Below the pieces are notes generated by a model. The model did no database searches. It saw nothing but the letters and a program-made list of their open reading frames with translations, and was not told the origin of the DNA. Source: Promethearchaeota archaeon (lineage in GTDB: Archaea > Asgardarchaeota > Lokiarchaeia > Sigyniarchaeales > SOKP01). From it: a DNA stretch of 64,000 bases. This document shows positions 19,370 through 29,075 of the stretch, piece after piece. The stretch lies in assembly GCA_019057865.1 (NCBI GenBank), contig JAHLWP010000005.1, positions 32,001 through 96,000 of the forward strand. The letters run 5' to 3'. Each line of letters begins with the position of its first letter. The first letter of the stretch is position 1. Position numbers and translations under genes: made by a program.

Positions 19370-21523
19370 TTAATTTATTACTAGAACTAAAACCCAATTT
19401 ACCATCCCACCAATTAATAATGCAAGACCTATTTCAAGAAAAGATATTTGTATGGCATATTTCCAATTAGTTTCTCTCGCTATTAATACTACTGTTGCAA
19501 AACAAGGGATATAAAGCATAGTAACTAAACTAAATACAACCATTTGAGTTGGTGTTAATAATTCTAAGAGACTTAATCCCATAGAATTTGCTAAAACTGC
19601 TAGGAGTACTAAGGTTAATTCTTTTCTTAAAATCCCATAAATCAAAAAAATTCCTGTAATAAATGGTAAACCTAACCAAAATGTTATTGGTGATAAAATA
19701 AAATTTATAGGATCTAATAAGCGAAACATAAATAGTATTTCTAAAATAATACCAGCTATAATTATAATAGGCAATGCTTTATAGACAAATTCTTTAGTTC
19801 TTATCCATGTTTGTTTTAAAATTACAGGGTAATTTGGAGTTCTATATCCATGCATTTCCATAATTAATTCTGTACATTGACCTGGCATTACCTTATTTAA
19901 TATTTTTCCAACGATAATTAAAACAGAAAAATTTATTGAAAATAATGTTAAAACCCAAATTATACCTAGATATCGTCCAACCAAGCCTAAAACTACTGTC
20001 ATAACCGCTGCACACGGAATTAAGGAAGTTAAAGCTATTGAGATTTTTTTTTCTCTTTCAGTTTCCATAATCCTACAACCTGCACAAGCAGGAACATTAC
20101 ATCCAAATCCTAAGATCATAGGAATGATTGTTTTACCATGAACTCCTAAAGAATGCATAAATCTATCCATAAGAAATGCTGCTCTAGGTAAATAACCGGA
20201 ATCCTGTAGAATCTCAATTATTAAAAAGAATGGAATAACATATACCAAAACACCACCAATAGCTCCAAATAACCCACCAATACCACCATCCCAAAATATT
20301 AAAACCCATAGATTTTGATCACCATAAATTTGATAAATTCCATCACTCCATATAGTAAAAACTTTCTCGATTAATCCTCCAAAAAAGTCACCGATAAGAA
20401 ATGTAAAAAAGTATATCCCAATAAGTACTAATAAAAGAATCACATATCCCCAAAATGAATGTGTTGTTACATGATCAAACTTTTCGGCTAAAGAAACTTT
20501 TCTTCCAATTCTAGATTTAACTATTACGACTTTTTCAATAATATTATGAATGTTATTATAAATTTCAGAAGAAATTATTGTATTGATGTCTTCTCCATGG
20601 TAACCCTCTAATTCTTTACGATATTCATCAGCTAATTCTAATAATTGAGATGTTTTTTCATTAGCTATGAATAATTTTTCTATTTCTTCATCTTTCTCTA
20701 AAATTTTAATTGCTAGAAATCGTGAAGGAAAATTAAATTGTGAAAAATATTCTTGATGAGGATCAATTTTCTTAATTAGGTTTTTTATTTTTATTTCAAC
20801 TTCTTTACCATATGAAAGTATAGAAATTAAATCTGGAAATTGAAATGTTTTTTTTACTGAAATATTTTTTGTACTTTCTTTCAAAGAATACCTTTTTAAA
20901 TGATTTTCGTGAGTCAGGTGGTCATGGATTTCTTTACCCCCTTGAATATAATGAGAATGAGGATGATGATATATCATTAATTCTATAGCTTCTTCAAGTA
21001 TTTGATGTACTCCTATCCCATGAACTGCAACAGTTGGAATTATTGGTAATTTAAAAATTTCTTCTAACTTTTCTAAATCAAGTTCAAAATGTCTTTTTCG
21101 TAAAAGATCCATTTGATTAATGGCTAATATCATTGGTACTTTTAGTTCTAATAACTGGAAGGTAAAAAATAAGTTTCGCTCAAGATTTGTAGCATCGATT
21201 ACATTAATAATAATATCAACTTCATCTGAAACAATATACTCTCTACTTATAATTTCTTCTAACGAGTAAGTAGAAAGAGAATAGATTCCTGGCAAATCTA
21301 CAATATTAAAACGATAACCTAAAAAATTTAAGTGCCCTCCCATTTTCTCTACTGTTTTTCCTGGCCAATTTCCAATAGTTTGAGAGAGACCTGTCAAATG
21401 ATTAAATATAACTGACTTTCCAACGTTTGCATTACCAGCTAAAGCTAAATTAATTGTATCTTTATATTCTCCCTTCTTTAATCCTGATTTTTTTTCAGAT
21501 TTATGACTAATTAGTTTTCTCAC
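19370..21523 (-). CDS. feoB: Ferrous iron transporter FeoB
   Basis: GNANVGKS, NWPGKTVE, DLPG, NQMD, GYLPRAAF, GFGCNVP, PC gate motifs. Confidence 0.96.
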   Translation of the reverse strand: MRKLISHKSEKKSGLKKGEYKDTINLALAGNANVGKSVIFNHLTGLSQTIGNWPGKTVEKMGGHLNFLGYRFNIVDLPGIYSLSTYSLEEIISREYIVSDEVDIIINVIDATNLERNLFFTFQLLELKVPMILAINQMDLLRKRHFELDLEKLEEIFKLPIIPTVAVHGIGVHQILEEAIELMIYHHPHSHYIQGGKEIHDHLTHENHLKRYSLKESTKNISVKKTFQFPDLISILSYGKEVEIKIKNLIKKIDPHQEYFSQFNFPSRFLAIKILEKDEEIEKLFIANEKTSQLLELADEYRKELEGYHGEDINTIISSEIYNNIHNIIEKVVIVKSRIGRKVSLAEKFDHVTTHSFWGYVILLLVLIGIYFFTFLIGDFFGGLIEKVFTIWSDGIYQIYGDQNLWVLIFWDGGIGGLFGAIGGVLVYVIPFFLIIEILQDSGYLPRAAFLMDRFMHSLGVHGKTIIPMILGFGCNVPACAGCRIMETEREKKISIALTSLIPCAAVMTVVLGLVGRYLGIIWVLTLFSINFSVLIIVGKILNKVMPGQCTELIMEMHGYRTPNYPVILKQTWIRTKEFVYKALPIIIIAGIILEILFMFRLLDPINFILSPITFWLGLPFITGIFLIYGILRKELTLVLLAVLANSMGLSLLELLTPTQMVVFSLVTMLYIPCFATVVLIARETNWKYAIQISFLEIGLALLIGGMVNWVLVLVIN

Positions 21524-21593
21524 CTAAATTCACCTAAATTGATATAATATCATTACCTTTATTTTGAAAATTTGAGGTATATGTTCTATATTA

Positions 21594-21893
21594 TTAAAGA
21601 GTTTGGGTTCTTTCTTTTTTTACCATAATTCTAGATGCCAAACCTCTGCCAATAACTAAACTAGACCCTTTAACAATTATCTCAATGGGACCTCTAAAGA
21701 GAGCTGATCTTTTTTTTATGATTTTTACTCCAGGGATTATTCCTAAATTAGCAAGTCGTTTCTTTGCCATAAAACCGGCATGTACTCTTAATACAGTAAC
21801 TTCTTCGCCATTCTGACAGTTAGATAATCTGTCAATTCGCAGATGTCTATGATGCTTCTTAGTAGAATAATTAATGTGTGTCCGTTTTCTCAT
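21594..21893 (-). CDS. feoA: FeoA
   Basis: KRLANLGIIPG...GPI...LVIGRGLA; directly upstream of feoB. Confidence 0.93.
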   Translation of the reverse strand: MRKRTHINYSTKKHHRHLRIDRLSNCQNGEEVTVLRVHAGFMAKKRLANLGIIPGVKIIKKRSALFRGPIEIIVKGSSLVIGRGLASRIMVKKERTQTL

Positions 21894-21977
21894 TTATAAG
21901 GTTTATCTTTAAAATAATTCAAATGATTTTTCTTAAAATCAAATCTCTAATTATAATATTGAAAATTAATATTTAAA

Positions 21978-21995
21978 TTTTAGGTGAGACTAAAA
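21978..21995. promoter_or_regulatory. DtxR/MntR-type metal-responsive operator for feoAB
   Basis: Palindrome TTTTAG-GTGAGA-CTAAAA directly upstream of a - strand TATA (TTTAAATA, 21970-21977). Confidence 0.65.
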
Positions 21996-22309
21996 ACACT
22001 ATTAATAACTGATAGAAAACATTATATATAATTGTATAAAATGAATAATTTAATTTTAATAAATAAAATTGATTATTATTTAACTCTAATGATAATAAAT
22101 ATATAATAGAGCTTAAAGAAAAATAATTTTAAGATTATTTAATTGACGATTATAAAAAATAAATTTCTACTTACTTTTAAAATTATTAATTATTTTTATT
22201 AAAAGCATAAGCTTGTAAATTTAAACTTAAAAAATTAATTTAAGATTATCTTATTTTTATAAGAAAAAGTAACATATTTTAATTTGAAAAGTATTTCTCA
22301 CAGAATATC

Positions 22310-23359
22310 ATGGTCAATAAAACAATTTTTTGTGAAATGATAAGACAAGGATACTCCAAAGGTGCATGCGAAGTTATTATTAAAGACAGTGTTAAACGCC
22401 CAGCTTGTCAAGCAACTTTGAAGTATGAAAATGGTCAACATCATAGAGTAATTACAGCAATGCATTTATCGAGACCTGAAGATTATTTTTCAATTTATCA
22501 ATCAGGATGTAATCATGCTTGTTTAAAATGTCATTCTTGGGAATTTTCTAAATACCTTAATGGAAGATGGTATTCAACAGATGAAATTACTGAAAAATGT
22601 AAGGAATATGAGAATTCTGTAACAATAATTGAGCCAAGGGAACGGGCACTGATGTATTATGCTACTGATTTATGTAAACATTGTGGCTCTTGTGTATTAT
22701 TATATAGAAGGAGTCCATTATGTCCAGATAAAGTACCGAAGCACAAAATAGTATTAGGTCCTCAAGGATTTGGTCCAGCAAGAAATATGATTGCATTTAC
22801 AGGGGGTGATATTGCATGTCAGGCAAAATTTTATGCGGAAGTTACAAAAAAAATAAAGCACCGTTGTAAAAATCTCTGGGTCTTATTAGAAACAAATGGG
22901 TATGGATTAACTCCTAAAAATTTGAATCTTTTACAAAAGGCAGGTTTAGACTCTTATTGGCTAGATATTAAAGCTTATGATCCTGAAATTTACAAAAAAT
23001 TATGTGGAACCTCAAATAAAACAGTTTTAAATTCTCCGAAAGAAATCTTAAAACGAAATTTCATTTTGGAAATACTTACTGTCTATATTCCTAATTTTGT
23101 AGAAACTAATCAATTCGAAAAAATCGCGAAAATAATTATAGAACTAGATGATAAAATTCCCTTCCATATTTTAGCATTTTTTCCACAATATAAATTAAAA
23201 GCTTATCGAGCCCCTAACTTATATGAAATATTAGAAACATATAAATCAATAAAAGATATAGGATTGAAAAATGTAAGAATTGGAAATATTGGAGTATTTG
23301 CTAAAACAGAAGAAGAAATGAAAAAACTGATAAAAACAGTTGGGCCTGAAGCAATATGA
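22310..23359 (+). CDS. Radical SAM protein (PFL-activating-enzyme/AmrS-like)
   Basis: CNHACLKC, FTGGD, ETNG, DIKA; extra CKHCGSC...CP insert. Confidence 0.9.
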   Translation: MVNKTIFCEMIRQGYSKGACEVIIKDSVKRPACQATLKYENGQHHRVITAMHLSRPEDYFSIYQSGCNHACLKCHSWEFSKYLNGRWYSTDEITEKCKEYENSVTIIEPRERALMYYATDLCKHCGSCVLLYRRSPLCPDKVPKHKIVLGPQGFGPARNMIAFTGGDIACQAKFYAEVTKKIKHRCKNLWVLLETNGYGLTPKNLNLLQKAGLDSYWLDIKAYDPEIYKKLCGTSNKTVLNSPKEILKRNFILEILTVYIPNFVETNQFEKIAKIIIELDDKIPFHILAFFPQYKLKAYRAPNLYEILETYKSIKDIGLKNVRIGNIGVFAKTEEEMKKLIKTVGPEAI

Positions 23360-23365
23360 ATTGGA

Positions 23366-24514
23366 TTAAAACTCTTTATAATAAGAGATTAATGTATTTT
23401 TTATTTTTTCAAAATGTCCTAAATGCACCTTTGAGAGCTCATCTAGAGTATCACGGATTCCTGCTTTTTGAATTCTCTTGGCAATTTTAAAATATGGAGA
23501 CTCTTTTAATTTTTTGGCTAGGGGCTTATTTGATTCAACATTTTTTAAAAGAAGATCGATTGAGTCTACCTCTTTAACTCCTATATTTCTTTGAATAATC
23601 TCTAATAACATTGTATCGAATGTAATTCTTAAAATAACTTCATGATCAAATTCTGCTGTTTTCGGAATTAAATATTCCTTAAGTAGCGATATTGACTTTT
23701 GGAAGAGAGAAATTGAATCTTGACCTATTTCTCTTATTTTTTGATCAAAAGAATGATTTTTAGTAAGTGTCAAACACAATGCGGCTACAGTTTGATATTC
23801 AGCAACAAAATGAATAAACCGTGCTTTAGTATTTAGAACTGTTTCTTTTGATTCTGCTTCATCTAAAAGGTCACCTAAATTATCAAGAGATTTTCTAAAG
23901 TATGTTGCAATCTCTAAGAATTTATTTGCTGAAGTTTCATAATCTTTTGCAGATAATAGATGGAGTGCTCTTTTTTCTTCTTGTTCATATAATTCATCAA
24001 ATTTGTTAATTTTCATAACAGCTTTTAAAATCAAACGCTTTCCTAAATCTTTTTTAATATGAGAACGCTCATATGCTTGTCCTGCTTTCAGAAGAAGAAG
24101 AGAAGAAGGGCTATGAAAGTCTTCTGGATCAGCTTTGATCAAATACTCAGAAGCTTTTTCCCAGCTTTCACCAGCGGATTCCCAATCATTCATTTTATAA
24201 GAGAGATTTGCTAATCGCATGAGCAATTTAGCTGAGATTTCATATAGTTTTAATTCTTCAGTCTTTCTAATTATTGATTTTAATCGATAAAGTGCTTGAA
24301 TATTATTCTTAAATTGAGATATAATCTGAACAATTCTAATGAATAATTCATCTAATTTGATATAACTTCCTAAATCAATATAAATTTCGGCAGCTTTCTC
24401 ATAAAGATTGATAGCGTCATCTCCTTTACCTTTATCAGCAAAAGTTTCCGCTCTATCAATTAATTGAATTGCTTCTAATTCTCTCTCATCTTTATATGAA
24501 TTACTAAACACCAT
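23366..24514 (-). CDS. TPR/SNAP-like alpha-solenoid protein
   Basis: Repeated helices AINLYEKAAEIY, AGESWEKASEY, KAGQAYE, SANKFLEIATYF. Confidence 0.7.
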   Translation of the reverse strand: MVFSNSYKDERELEAIQLIDRAETFADKGKGDDAINLYEKAAEIYIDLGSYIKLDELFIRIVQIISQFKNNIQALYRLKSIIRKTEELKLYEISAKLLMRLANLSYKMNDWESAGESWEKASEYLIKADPEDFHSPSSLLLLKAGQAYERSHIKKDLGKRLILKAVMKINKFDELYEQEEKRALHLLSAKDYETSANKFLEIATYFRKSLDNLGDLLDEAESKETVLNTKARFIHFVAEYQTVAALCLTLTKNHSFDQKIREIGQDSISLFQKSISLLKEYLIPKTAEFDHEVILRITFDTMLLEIIQRNIGVKEVDSIDLLLKNVESNKPLAKKLKESPYFKIAKRIQKAGIRDTLDELSKVHLGHFEKIKNTLISYYKEF

Positions 24515-24683
24515 ATTGTTTCATCTTATTACGGTAGAATGACATTTTGATATATTTAGATCAGAAGTTTTCTATACTAAATATATATCAAGTAATTTTC
24601 TAGTAATTTAATTTATAGGATTTAAATAAATAAACTCTTATTTATACTTATTTATACAAATAATTAGATGAAGATTAGGCTTT

Positions 24684-25571
24684 TTATTGATGATAAAATA
24701 GCTTAATATTTCGATTTTTTACTATTTTTTTAAACTCGAAGCTTTGGTAAGCAGATGAGAAAGATTCTTTAGCATCTTCTATAGCTCCATAAAAAATGAA
24801 ATTGGAAAACCAAGTTACAATAAATATTATACTAGCTCTTCTATATCGCGTATGGAATTTAACATTTAGACGCGGTGATGAATATTGAAATAAGAATAAA
24901 TTAGGAGCTGTGCCAACTGGAAGTTTTAGTGATGAACTAATTAATTGTTGAGTTTCTAATATATGAGCTATACTCTCCAAATTAATAACACCTCCATCAA
25001 TCCAAATCTTTTTAACGCCTATGTCTTTTAAACCTTCTAATATACTCACACTATTAGGTTGGTTCTTTTCTGTAATGTAAGCATATCTTTGAGTAGAGGT
25101 CATATTTTCAGAGCCTATTATTAATACCACTACTGAAGGTATTTTATATTTCTGAATAATTTTTAATTCTTTATCGTTCTTTAGATTTGAAATGGTGTTA
25201 TAAATATATTGGTCGGATTTAATACCTCTTTCATTAAGATATTCAACTCCAGCAATTCTAGAATCAAAATTCCCACCTAATACAAAAGGAGGGCTAAAAT
25301 GTTTCAAAAAAAAATCTAGATAACTAATCATAGCTTTGGGTTTGGATGCAGATATTTCAACTAAATTTGGTATTTTATATTGGTTTGATAATGAAATTTG
25401 CGTGTTAATTGCCTTTAGAGCTTTCCTCTCATCGAAAATTTCACTATTCTTACGATCAACAAACGATTGACCTTGATAAAAAAGTGTCCCTATTAATACA
25501 GGTGGTAAATCAAAACTCCCTCGACCTACTTTAATGTGTCCATAGGAATAAAATTTTGATTCTTTCATCAT
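24684..25571 (-). CDS. mtrH: Divergent MtrH-family methyl-pterin:corrinoid methyltransferase
   Basis: PPVLIGTLFY, FDERKA, IYNTI, LPVGTAPN, FIFYGAIE. No other mtr genes are adjacent. Confidence 0.75.
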   Translation of the reverse strand: MMKESKFYSYGHIKVGRGSFDLPPVLIGTLFYQGQSFVDRKNSEIFDERKALKAINTQISLSNQYKIPNLVEISASKPKAMISYLDFFLKHFSPPFVLGGNFDSRIAGVEYLNERGIKSDQYIYNTISNLKNDKELKIIQKYKIPSVVVLIIGSENMTSTQRYAYITEKNQPNSVSILEGLKDIGVKKIWIDGGVINLESIAHILETQQLISSSLKLPVGTAPNLFLFQYSSPRLNVKFHTRYRRASIIFIVTWFSNFIFYGAIEDAKESFSSAYQSFEFKKIVKNRNIKLFYHQ

Positions 25572-25651
25572 TAACTCAAATATTGCTTGAACATCTTTAA
25601 AACAAGATATAGCGGCTATTATCTTTAAATTTATAAAATTTATCTAAGCTA

Positions 25652-25939
25652 TTAAACAATTCTGTCTTTAGGTTTTCTTGTTTTTTTAATCTTTAACTTA
25701 ATATCATGTTCCGAGATAAGCCAGACTATTACCTCATAAGGTATCTTACGAAAATAGATTTCTGCTGCTTTTTCTCTGACTCGCTCTTTGTTCGTTAACC
25801 TTGGATCTCGTTGAGCAAGTAATTCTCTTTCGGCGAGCATCCAGCATAAATTGTCATATGTATAGTTCCTTTCTGAAAGATAATAAGCAGCAACATTAAT
25901 TTGTTCTTTCAAATCGATTTCTTTTCCACTCATTTTCAC
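25652..25939 (-). CDS. Small protein with two DUF2934-like helical motifs
   Basis: INVAAYYLSER...WMLAEREL and VREKAAEIY...WLISEHDI. Confidence 0.65.
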   Translation of the reverse strand: MKMSGKEIDLKEQINVAAYYLSERNYTYDNLCWMLAERELLAQRDPRLTNKERVREKAAEIYFRKIPYEVIVWLISEHDIKLKIKKTRKPKDRIV

Positions 25940-26030
25940 TCCTTCCTTTAATATTTAATTTTATTTCTACTATTCCTAAAGAGAAATAAGATCTTTTAAA
26001 CTATTTCTTCATTACCATGATTGTATTTTT

Positions 26031-27233
26031 TTAATAAAGGTCAAGTTTGACACCACATTTTTTACACTGGGAATCTAATAATTTAACAAAGCAATCTTCA
26101 TGGTATAGTTGACCACATTCTGGATTACCACATTTAACTACTTTTTGACCTTTCTCAAAAATAAATTGGCATATTGGACAACTTGAATAGAGATCATCCT
26201 CTCTAAGCTCATCAATATTCATTGATTTTGCTGAGAATGTCTGTGGTTTCTGAAAACTAACTTCTTTTTTACCTTTTGAAAGAATCCTTAATTTCTGTAT
26301 TTGAGAAACTTCAGTTGGAATTTTTAATAGAAAAAAGCAATGGGGACACCTTGCGGTTCCAGATTTCTTTAATTTACTACTATGTTGAGAATCTGCCCAT
26401 GCTGCTAAACAATGAATGTGAAATGGAGTTTGACAGTTAGGGCAATATCTACCAGTAACATAAAATGATCCTTTAGTATATGGATTTTTATCAGAAAAAC
26501 AGATTGTGCATTTTTTAAAATCAGCTTCTCCTCTCAACTGTTTTATACGCTGTTCTTGATCTTTCGTTAAATCTTGAACTCTTAATAAATTTGCAGCTAT
26601 TTTCCTAAGGAAAGCTGGATTTTCTATATCGATTTCCTTTACTCCATAATTTTTTATGTTAGCTTCAGCAAATTCATGAGCAGATTGTAATAAAGTCCCT
26701 ACATCATTATTAAAATAGTATCTACCTCCTGTAAGATCACTTATTTTTTTTAAGATATTGACTTGGCTTACGTCTCCAATTCTAAATGTATCAATTTTTA
26801 TATTTAATCCTTCTGCAAGACGAGCCATTCTTAATGGATCGATAGCTGTATTTTTTGTGTAGTTCCCATCAGAAATAAGAAGTATTTTGGGATTTTTAGC
26901 TGCAATTTTTCTTAATTCAGCAATAACAGTTTTAATTGATAAAGCTAGCCCTTCTCCCATAGCAGAATTCCCTCCAAGCTTTATAGAATCCAATGCTGAA
27001 AAAAGACTATTTATGAAATTTGAAGTTGTAAAGTCCATAATTTTTTCTGCTATATCAGAAAATTTAATAATTGCAAATGCACTTGAAGTATCTAAATTAA
27101 ATCTATCAGTTATTAATTTTTTAACAGCCTTTATACAACAAATCAATCGGTTAGGAGTATAATCTGTTCTAAACATTGATCTTGATGTATCGATGCAAAT
27201 AACGATATTTTCAGGGACTCTTTGCTCAGACAT
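26031..27233 (-). CDS. vWA domain plus two C4HC3 RING-like fingers (putative E3 ligase)
   Basis: MIDAS DTSRS and ISDG; CTIC..CPNC..FHIHCLAAW..CPHC; CPIC..CGNPEC..YHEDC..CKKC. Confidence 0.88.
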   Translation of the reverse strand: MSEQRVPENIVICIDTSRSMFRTDYTPNRLICCIKAVKKLITDRFNLDTSSAFAIIKFSDIAEKIMDFTTSNFINSLFSALDSIKLGGNSAMGEGLALSIKTVIAELRKIAAKNPKILLISDGNYTKNTAIDPLRMARLAEGLNIKIDTFRIGDVSQVNILKKISDLTGGRYYFNNDVGTLLQSAHEFAEANIKNYGVKEIDIENPAFLRKIAANLLRVQDLTKDQEQRIKQLRGEADFKKCTICFSDKNPYTKGSFYVTGRYCPNCQTPFHIHCLAAWADSQHSSKLKKSGTARCPHCFFLLKIPTEVSQIQKLRILSKGKKEVSFQKPQTFSAKSMNIDELREDDLYSSCPICQFIFEKGQKVVKCGNPECGQLYHEDCFVKLLDSQCKKCGVKLDLY

Positions 27234-27437
27234 CTTATTTTGAAAATCTTATTGAGAATTTTGCTAGACAAAATCTAATAAATCTATTTTATATATGTAT
27301 ATTAATTTATAAATAAATAACAGTCTTCAGAAAAATAAAGTTTTTTTTAAATTATACTAATATTTAATAAAACGTTTTACAACTATTAAAGTAAAGAATA
27401 TATAATAAAAGTAAAATGTAATTTAATCTGGTGTATA

Positions 27438-28646
27438 ATGTCAGAGAATAGTGAAAAAGAGATAATTATTAAAGATTTTTTTAAAAGTAATGTAATTTTC
27501 TCAGAATTAGATGAAATTTTAAGATTAAAGCCAGAAACTATGATTGGTATAGATAAAGTAAGTTCTGATAAATTAGTTGAAAATAATATCAAAACTGTTG
27601 AAGATCTAGCCAATCTATCAGTTGATAATCTCCCTGAAATCGAAGATTTACTACCTAAAATATTTAGAAAATGGGTCAAGATAGCTCAAGTCATACAAAA
27701 AGCTGTAAAAGAACAGTTGCGTCGCCATAAGAAGCTTTTAATGATAGGTCTCGATAATGGGGGCAAAACCTCCATCCTAGCGGTAGTTCAAGATAAATTC
27801 TCGATTATAAAATCCTTATTGCCAACAAGAGGCGTTAAGAGAGAAAAACTGGACTTCTTCGGATATCCAATAGTTTCGTGGGATTTAGGTGGACAAATCC
27901 AATATAGAGAAAAATTATATTTTAATAGACCAGAATTATTTTTTACCGAAGCTGACATCCTTTTATATGTTATTGATAGTCAAGATCTAGAAAGATTAGC
28001 AGAATCAGCTAATTATTTTCGAGAAGTTCTAAAAGCCTTAATAGATTTAGATGAGCAACCAAAGATTTTAATAATTATGAGCAAAAGCGATCCAGATTTT
28101 CGTAAATCATTCCAGTGGCAAAAAAATGTTGAAAGTATCAAGAATAAATTTGACAAAATTGCCGATGAATATAAACAATTCACAGTAGATTATTGTGATA
28201 CATCAATATTTCAAAGAGAGACCATAATGCAAATGTTTAGTATTGCCTTGAAGAAAGTTTCTGAAACTTCTGAAATTATCGAAAATATTCTTGAAGATTT
28301 TACTAGTCAGGTTGAGGGTAAAGCGTCAAGTTTAGTATCGATGGACGGATTAATTTTTGGAAGTTATACCAAAACAAGTACTGATGAGATGTTAGTGAAT
28401 AATACAGCACTTTTATTGCAAACACTTTCGAATTTTTATAGTTCAATTGGTCTTATTAGAGAAAAATCAATAAGTCTTGATTTACCACTTAATGGGTTTA
28501 CTATTCGGGGTGAAAAATTATTTGAGTATTCAGACCTTCATATACCTGTATATTTATGGCTGGTTTCGGAAAACCCAGAATTATTACAAAGCAAAATTGA
28601 TTATTTTAGAAAACAATTATTGCCATTGATTAACTTATTCCTCTGA
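27438..28646 (+). CDS. HhH-like domain + Arf-like small GTPase + roadblock-like domain
   Basis: GLDNGGKTS, PTRG, WDLGGQ, SKSD, TSI; N-terminal IGIDKVSSDKLVENNIKTVEDLA; C-terminal SSLVSMDGLIFGS. Confidence 0.85.
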   Translation: MSENSEKEIIIKDFFKSNVIFSELDEILRLKPETMIGIDKVSSDKLVENNIKTVEDLANLSVDNLPEIEDLLPKIFRKWVKIAQVIQKAVKEQLRRHKKLLMIGLDNGGKTSILAVVQDKFSIIKSLLPTRGVKREKLDFFGYPIVSWDLGGQIQYREKLYFNRPELFFTEADILLYVIDSQDLERLAESANYFREVLKALIDLDEQPKILIIMSKSDPDFRKSFQWQKNVESIKNKFDKIADEYKQFTVDYCDTSIFQRETIMQMFSIALKKVSETSEIIENILEDFTSQVEGKASSLVSMDGLIFGSYTKTSTDEMLVNNTALLLQTLSNFYSSIGLIREKSISLDLPLNGFTIRGEKLFEYSDLHIPVYLWLVSENPELLQSKIDYFRKQLLPLINLFL

Positions 28647-28714
28647 TTTTTACTTTTTTTTAAAATTATCTTATCATTTTAATGAATAAAGCTCAAATTG
28701 AATTTTCGGGTATT

Positions 28715-28927
28715 TTATTCTAATTTCTTATTAGCCTCGAGTAGATATTCATTGCACTTTTCCATCATTTCAATTGCTTTATTTAAGTTATCAACAATTG
28801 AGTCCAAACCCTTATTTTTTGCAACATCTCGCCATTTTATAAAAGATTCTTTGTGAGAATTATTATGATCTGCCCAATGTTTCAATAATTTAGATAATTT
28901 TAAAATATCCTTATCTTGTTTATCCAA
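28715..28927 (-). CDS. Small helical protein with HWxxHNxxH motif (putative metal-binding)
   Basis: LLKHWADHNNSHKESF; TTG start; lies downstream of cdhA. Confidence 0.75.
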   Translation of the reverse strand: MDKQDKDILKLSKLLKHWADHNNSHKESFIKWRDVAKNKGLDSIVDNLNKAIEMMEKCNEYLLEANKKLE

Positions 28928-29075
28928 ACAATCTCACACTCTGAAAATTAAAAATGATATTATAATAAAATTATGTACTATACATTAAATTTTTGACTTA
29001 AACTTCTAAACTTAGTTTAAACTCAATGAATAATGCAATTTTAAAAAAAAAAGAAATATAAAAATTAAAAATAAA

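Noticed and set aside
21520-21540. TCACCTAAAT tandem repeat at the feoB start
   Set aside because: Explained by an RBS (AGGTGA) followed by a GTG start in similar context.
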